Assembly (NCBI RefSeq): GCF_001194135.2
Contig: NC_068982.1
Location: 169,093,702 to 169,157,701 of the forward strand
Direction of reading: 5' to 3'
Length of the DNA stretch: 64,000 bases
Source: Octopus bimaculoides
Lineage: Eukaryota
Each line of letters begins with the position of its first letter. Position 1 is the first letter of the stretch. A program made the position numbers and the translations under genes. A model generated the notes under the pieces. The model had not been told where the DNA came from, did not search any database, and worked only from the letters and a program-made list of their open reading frames with translations. This document shows, in pieces, positions 1-64,000 of this stretch.

Positions 1-86
1 TTGTAAAGTTCACATCTCCATTAATTTGTTCCTTCCTTTCAGCCATAATTTTAATAGTGGTTTGTACTGTCTTTCACCACAGTATG

Positions 87-118
<32 letters not shown>

Positions 119-1925
119 GCTGGTGTTGCTTAAAAAGCACCCAGTACACTCTGGAAAGTGGTTGGCATTAGGAAGTGCATCCACCTGTAGAAAACAAGCC
201 AAAACAGACTATGGAACCTGGTGCACTTCCTGGCCTTGCCACCTTCTGTCAAGCTATCCAACCCATGCCAGCATGGAAAATGGGCATTAAATAACACATA
301 CATACACACAATAGTTTTTATACAGTACTCGAGAAATAAAAGGGTTACTTAAGTTTCATACGGTGTGCCAATTGTACATAGAGTACATTTTTTTTTGCTC
401 ACATACACAGATAGTAAGTATGTATTTCTCATCAATTTAGGGGCTTGTCCTTATTCATCCATATAAGGTAGCTCCCACAAAGATTAGAGCTTTTGCAATA
501 AATTCATCATCAAGTAACTTTTATCAAATCCTTTGGATTCAAATATGAAACAATTTAGAAGTGAATCAGTCCTGGCTTAGTGAATTTAGAAATGTATAAT
601 TCAGTCCTAGAAATAGTAAATGAAACCTTTTAAAAACTGACTTATCTCTTAAAATCATTTTATTTCTATAACTAGGATTATTACAACTAAGAAATGCAGT
701 GAAAAAACCACAAAAATGTAACACCTTTTATTTTTCGATATGTTGTAGTTTATTGAAAATATCAGTTAACAAGAACAAACTTGAGTTTATACAAGTGACA
801 ACATGAGAAAAATAATGTTTCTTTTGTATACACATAACAGTTTATCAAAAACAAAATTAATTCATGTAAAAAGTTATGTTAGAGAGTAATGAAAACTGTG
901 ACCTTCTGATTACGGAAAATATAATCTAAAGATGATGTTAGCAAATGGTTAATATGTCTCACATAACAGAGGAAAATAACATATGTAGGTGGGGTGGGGG
1001 CACTGCATTATATGTATTGAGATTTTATTTGAACCTTAAAGTTATAGTTTATAGATATTTAAAACCTTAAGAATATATCTAAGGTTGATTATGTAAAAAA
1101 AGAAAAAAATTCAGGTTAAATGTTTTGCACTTCGTAAAACTGTCACTGTTCTATTATTATTATGACTAAAACTGATTTCATATTTGTTGTATGAGCAAGG
1201 ATCCCTAAGAAATGGCATTGATTTCACAACCCTTGCCAAGTAATAATATCAAGCCAACTAAAATGTATGACAAAATATTTCTGCTTAATTTTTATAACAT
1301 TCAAAAGGCTTTCTAAACTTAATGGAACCAAGCAAATATTCCAGTAATTGATACATTATTTCAATCAATTAATTTCCCCCCCAACATTTGGTATTTTTTA
1401 AGGCACAAAAGTCCATTTTTTAAAATTTATTTTTATAAGCAGAAGGGAATATGATCAGCTGACTAATATGCAAAAAGTATTTGAATATCAATATTTTGTT
1501 AATTATATTTTACTAATTTCAATTATTCCATGATTTTAATTATTGTTTATCTTGAATTTTGACAAGAACAACATCTGAGCAACCTTGGAACAGTTAAGTC
1601 ATTGCAAACTTGAAATGATTTAATGTTAATACATTAACATTTCCCAATATATTCCTTCTAAAAGGTATCACCATACTAATTCCTTATTACAAATCAATTT
1701 TCAGCAAGAACTAATCATATATNNNNNNNNNNATTCCTTAATTATTTTTTACATAAGAAAATACTATAAAAAAGCTGTTAATAATAGATGCCTCTGGGAA
1801 AAAAAATATAAGCTAATGAAAACTATTATTTTAAACATTCATTTAGGTTAGTAATTGGCCTATGTAAAAAATAGCAAAGTGAGTAAACATATAAAATCTC
1901 ATATAAAGGGAGATTTTGGCTGGTT

Positions 1926-60697
<58,772 letters not shown>

Positions 60698-63600
60698 CTA
60701 GAAAAACAAGTTAAATGTGCTGAATTTTTGTAATTTATTAAAATACTGATTGAATATAGAACTTTCTTCAAAGAATAAATATGTATTTATTAAAAAATAT
60801 CTAAAAAAGGTTTAAGCTAATCTAGATTAAGAAATGACATACTCTATATTAATCTAATACAAAATATTTTCAAATTGTTCAATATATATTATTGAGTGTT
60901 TTTTATAGGAATTTTAAACACATACAAAAGTTGTAAAGTAGACTCATTTATTTGTTTGCTAGATAAATAATTCACTTTTGGTATAGACACAGAGCCTTAT
61001 ATTTATTTGTAAAAGGAAAACAAGGATGAATAATATGACATTATACTTTGAGGCTTGAAACCATCTCAATCATGGCTTACTGTGTTTTATATTTTAATAA
61101 TATACATTACCTATTTAGAACTCCAAAATAATGTGAATTATTCAAGGCGACCACATAGTGGAAAATTGCTTGTGGAATTTTATGTCAAACTAATTTACTA
61201 AAAGCTAAGCTTTAGAACTCTTGTTGAATCTGCATTCTATAGAGGTTTTCAGATTCTAATTACAATATTAGATCTTATCAAAGTGCAAATTTGAGAGAAA
61301 AAACAAAAATAGAGAATATATTAAAAGTTTGATTAATTTTAAAAGGTAATAGGAAGGGTGGGGTTATCTAAAAGCAAATCAAGAGAGTAAAAAGAAAATT
61401 TAAAGAAGTTAAATGCAAATAAGCAAGCATGGTTTAGATGGTAAGCATTTATTTAGAATATATCTGTATTTTAAAGCCAAACAAATAATGAAACTATTTA
61501 GACTTAATATAAATTTTCTTTTTTACCTTAATTAGTTGGCTATTAAAAGTTGTTTAAATAAAAATAGTTCCAAAATTGGATTTAAACAAATTAAAAAGTT
61601 TTGAGTAATGTGCAAACTGAATACACAGATAAAAGAAAGAAAAATCAACAGAATAAAAAAAGACAGGCGTTATTGAAAATTAAGTTGATAATTAGTTTAA
61701 CTTATGTAACTGTTTGAGTCAACATGTGGTTGGAGAGTACACCAAAGGAATAATATAAATAGTAATTTTTTAAATGTGATGCATTTGATAAGAACTAGTA
61801 CCTTATTAGAAGCAAAATTTCATTGTAGATTTAGTTTTAAAAAACATTACTTTATGGCAGCTAGTATTAAAGGTTTTGATTTTACATACAACTCTGTCTC
61901 AAATTTGTATAAAAAATAATGACATCCATGCCATTTTCAAGAAGAATTAATGCAAAATTATCAAAATAGGGCTTAGACTCAATTTTTAGTGACCCTACCA
62001 CTACATCTGACAACCACATATTTTTGTATTTTACATAAGTATATTATTCAGCTAGACAACGAAAAGAAAAAAAAAAAAAAAATGAGCAACAATTTTATAA
62101 ACAAGTTGTCCAGAATGAGGAGTAATTTGAAACAAATGTTATTGATTTTTATCAGTGACGTATGTTACAAACATGGAGACAAATAACTGGTAACGAGAGC
62201 AATGAAACGTAAACAAAAACGGATTCAGAAATAGGGAAGGAGATATACCAACTGCTAAAATTCTGAATATTGATTTTAAAGAAAATATTTTATAATTATT
62301 TTTCATATCTTTAAAAAAATACATATAAAGAACATTTAAAGGAAAAATGAAATATTAAAACAAACCAAAAAAACATTAAAATTTCTGAAAATTTAACAGA
62401 GAACTTATTGCATTCAGATGTTGTCATACACACACACATACACACAAAGAATAAAAGTAAAAAACAAAATAAAAAAAACAATCAATGGAAACAATTCTGA
62501 ATTGATAAGAACATTCTAGCATGTAGCAACGTCCTTATGTTGGACAACAATCAGAGGAAAAGGCATCCAGATATGGTTTTTATGGGTCTGAGTCGTGCTG
62601 TGAAGATGAAAGATCAGTTAGACATCTGGAGGGAAGGATTAAAGAAGTGAATAAACAGTTTATATATATATAAAATACAGAAGAGATGAGGACAAGATAT
62701 CAGTCATATATAAGAGCTATTGATACAAAGCATCAATCATACACAAGAGATAATAGAAGCTCAAGATGAAATTTTCTTCTCACCCTTAAACTACAGGTAA
62801 TGTTATCTCAAGGAAGCCACATTAGCTCTCTATTTAGCAAAGTGCATCATAATTCAATTCACTACAGTTCAGACTTTGCATCTCCTGATACCCTCTATGA
62901 CGTCCAATATATAGAACTAAGTCATAATTTATCACAGCTTATTGCAAGTGTTATAACTTATTTTTACAAAGGGAATTGAATAAGTAGGGTACTGAAATGA
63001 ATAAGGAACTCCATACACTGTTTTTGCTTTTAGCTCAAGATAAACCATGTGTAAGAAATTATATGATCAAAAGCTTTCCAGCTATAGTCACTCCATCTTT
63101 TTCCTATTCGCAGGACATTCAAGGCCTCATTATGTAATGTGTTATTTTATTTTTTTAGAGTGTGATCCAAGGGACATATACTGGCTACTTCTACAAAGCT
63201 GAGCAATCATATAAAGTCTCTCCCATCTGTGTAAAAGTGGATTCTTCTTGCAAAGTAAACAGAAAAAAAAAAAAAGACACTTCACCCATATTTGTAACAA
63301 TGGGCCAGTGTGAAGAGGGACCATCAATATATGCATCAATGAGTATTTGATGAGACTTAATACATGAAATCGAATATTATTACCAGCTTCTGAAGTTCAC
63401 GCTTGCTTGTTATCAGACTGATGACACTGAACAAGTCAAAACTTCAAGAGTCAACCTTTTCCTTGTATAACTTAAACATGCTCTCAACTAAAAAGTATTA
63501 GTTTAATGTTAAATTGCTTTTATATATAACTTCACATAAAAACAAACAATAGTATACATATATCAAGGATTTTAGCAAAGGTATGCTGCAATCCTGCATG

Positions 63601-63843
63601 GCATAAGAGGAGGCTAAAAGTGTTGGCATCAGGAAAAATATCCTGTGGTAAAGCATTTGCTCAAAAAGACATGTTTAATCCATGCCTACATGGAATGGCA
63701 GATGTAAAAACAAATGGGGTCATAGGAAAATGTGAGTAAGACTGGGTGGGGTGTGGTGGGGACACATGAGGGCACATAGCAGGAATTAGAATGGAAAAGA
63801 AGACAGTGAAAATGTTCAAGAGTGGGAAAAGAACAAAAAGCAA

Positions 63844-63885
<42 letters not shown>

Positions 63886-64000
63886 CAAAACTGGGTGGAT
63901 AGGGACAGGGAGCATACAGGGGAAAGGGTAATAAAAGACAGTAGGATATATTTATTTGTATGTTAAAAAGAGTACAGTTGAGGCAATGAGAAAGAGAGAG

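Overview
AT-rich eukaryotic genomic DNA. The dense SINEs, TA/GT/GA microsatellites and N gaps suggest a coleoid cephalopod, probably Octopus (inference from repeat families, not a search). Almost the whole window is one minus-strand gene: a DysF-containing (type I) ferlin, myoferlin/dysferlin-like. I traced 37 GT-AG exons by hand from 60697 to the stop at 1926. Their phases chain without a frameshift (4607 nt, about 1534 aa) and cover the post-C2C linker, FerA/FerB, nested DysF, the C-terminal C2 domains and the TM anchor. The 5' exons lie beyond 64000. Introns hold decayed Tc1/mariner elements (DD37D, Tc1, mariner), a CR1-like LINE remnant, hAT and piggyBac-type MITEs, several SINE families and two long fold-backs. 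The best lead is the 11-kb intron 22294-33273. It lies just before the 'DWWSK' exon, where vertebrate DYSF exon 40a and MYOF exon 38a (calpain-cleavage cassette exons) sit. It contains at least four stop-free, phase 0-0 candidate cassette exons, including a 3-nt microexon with textbook splice sites, two of them inside a roughly 6.5 kb repeat-poor zone. No transcript data are available, so these exons are predictions. No prokaryote-type systems, rRNA or tRNA genes were seen.
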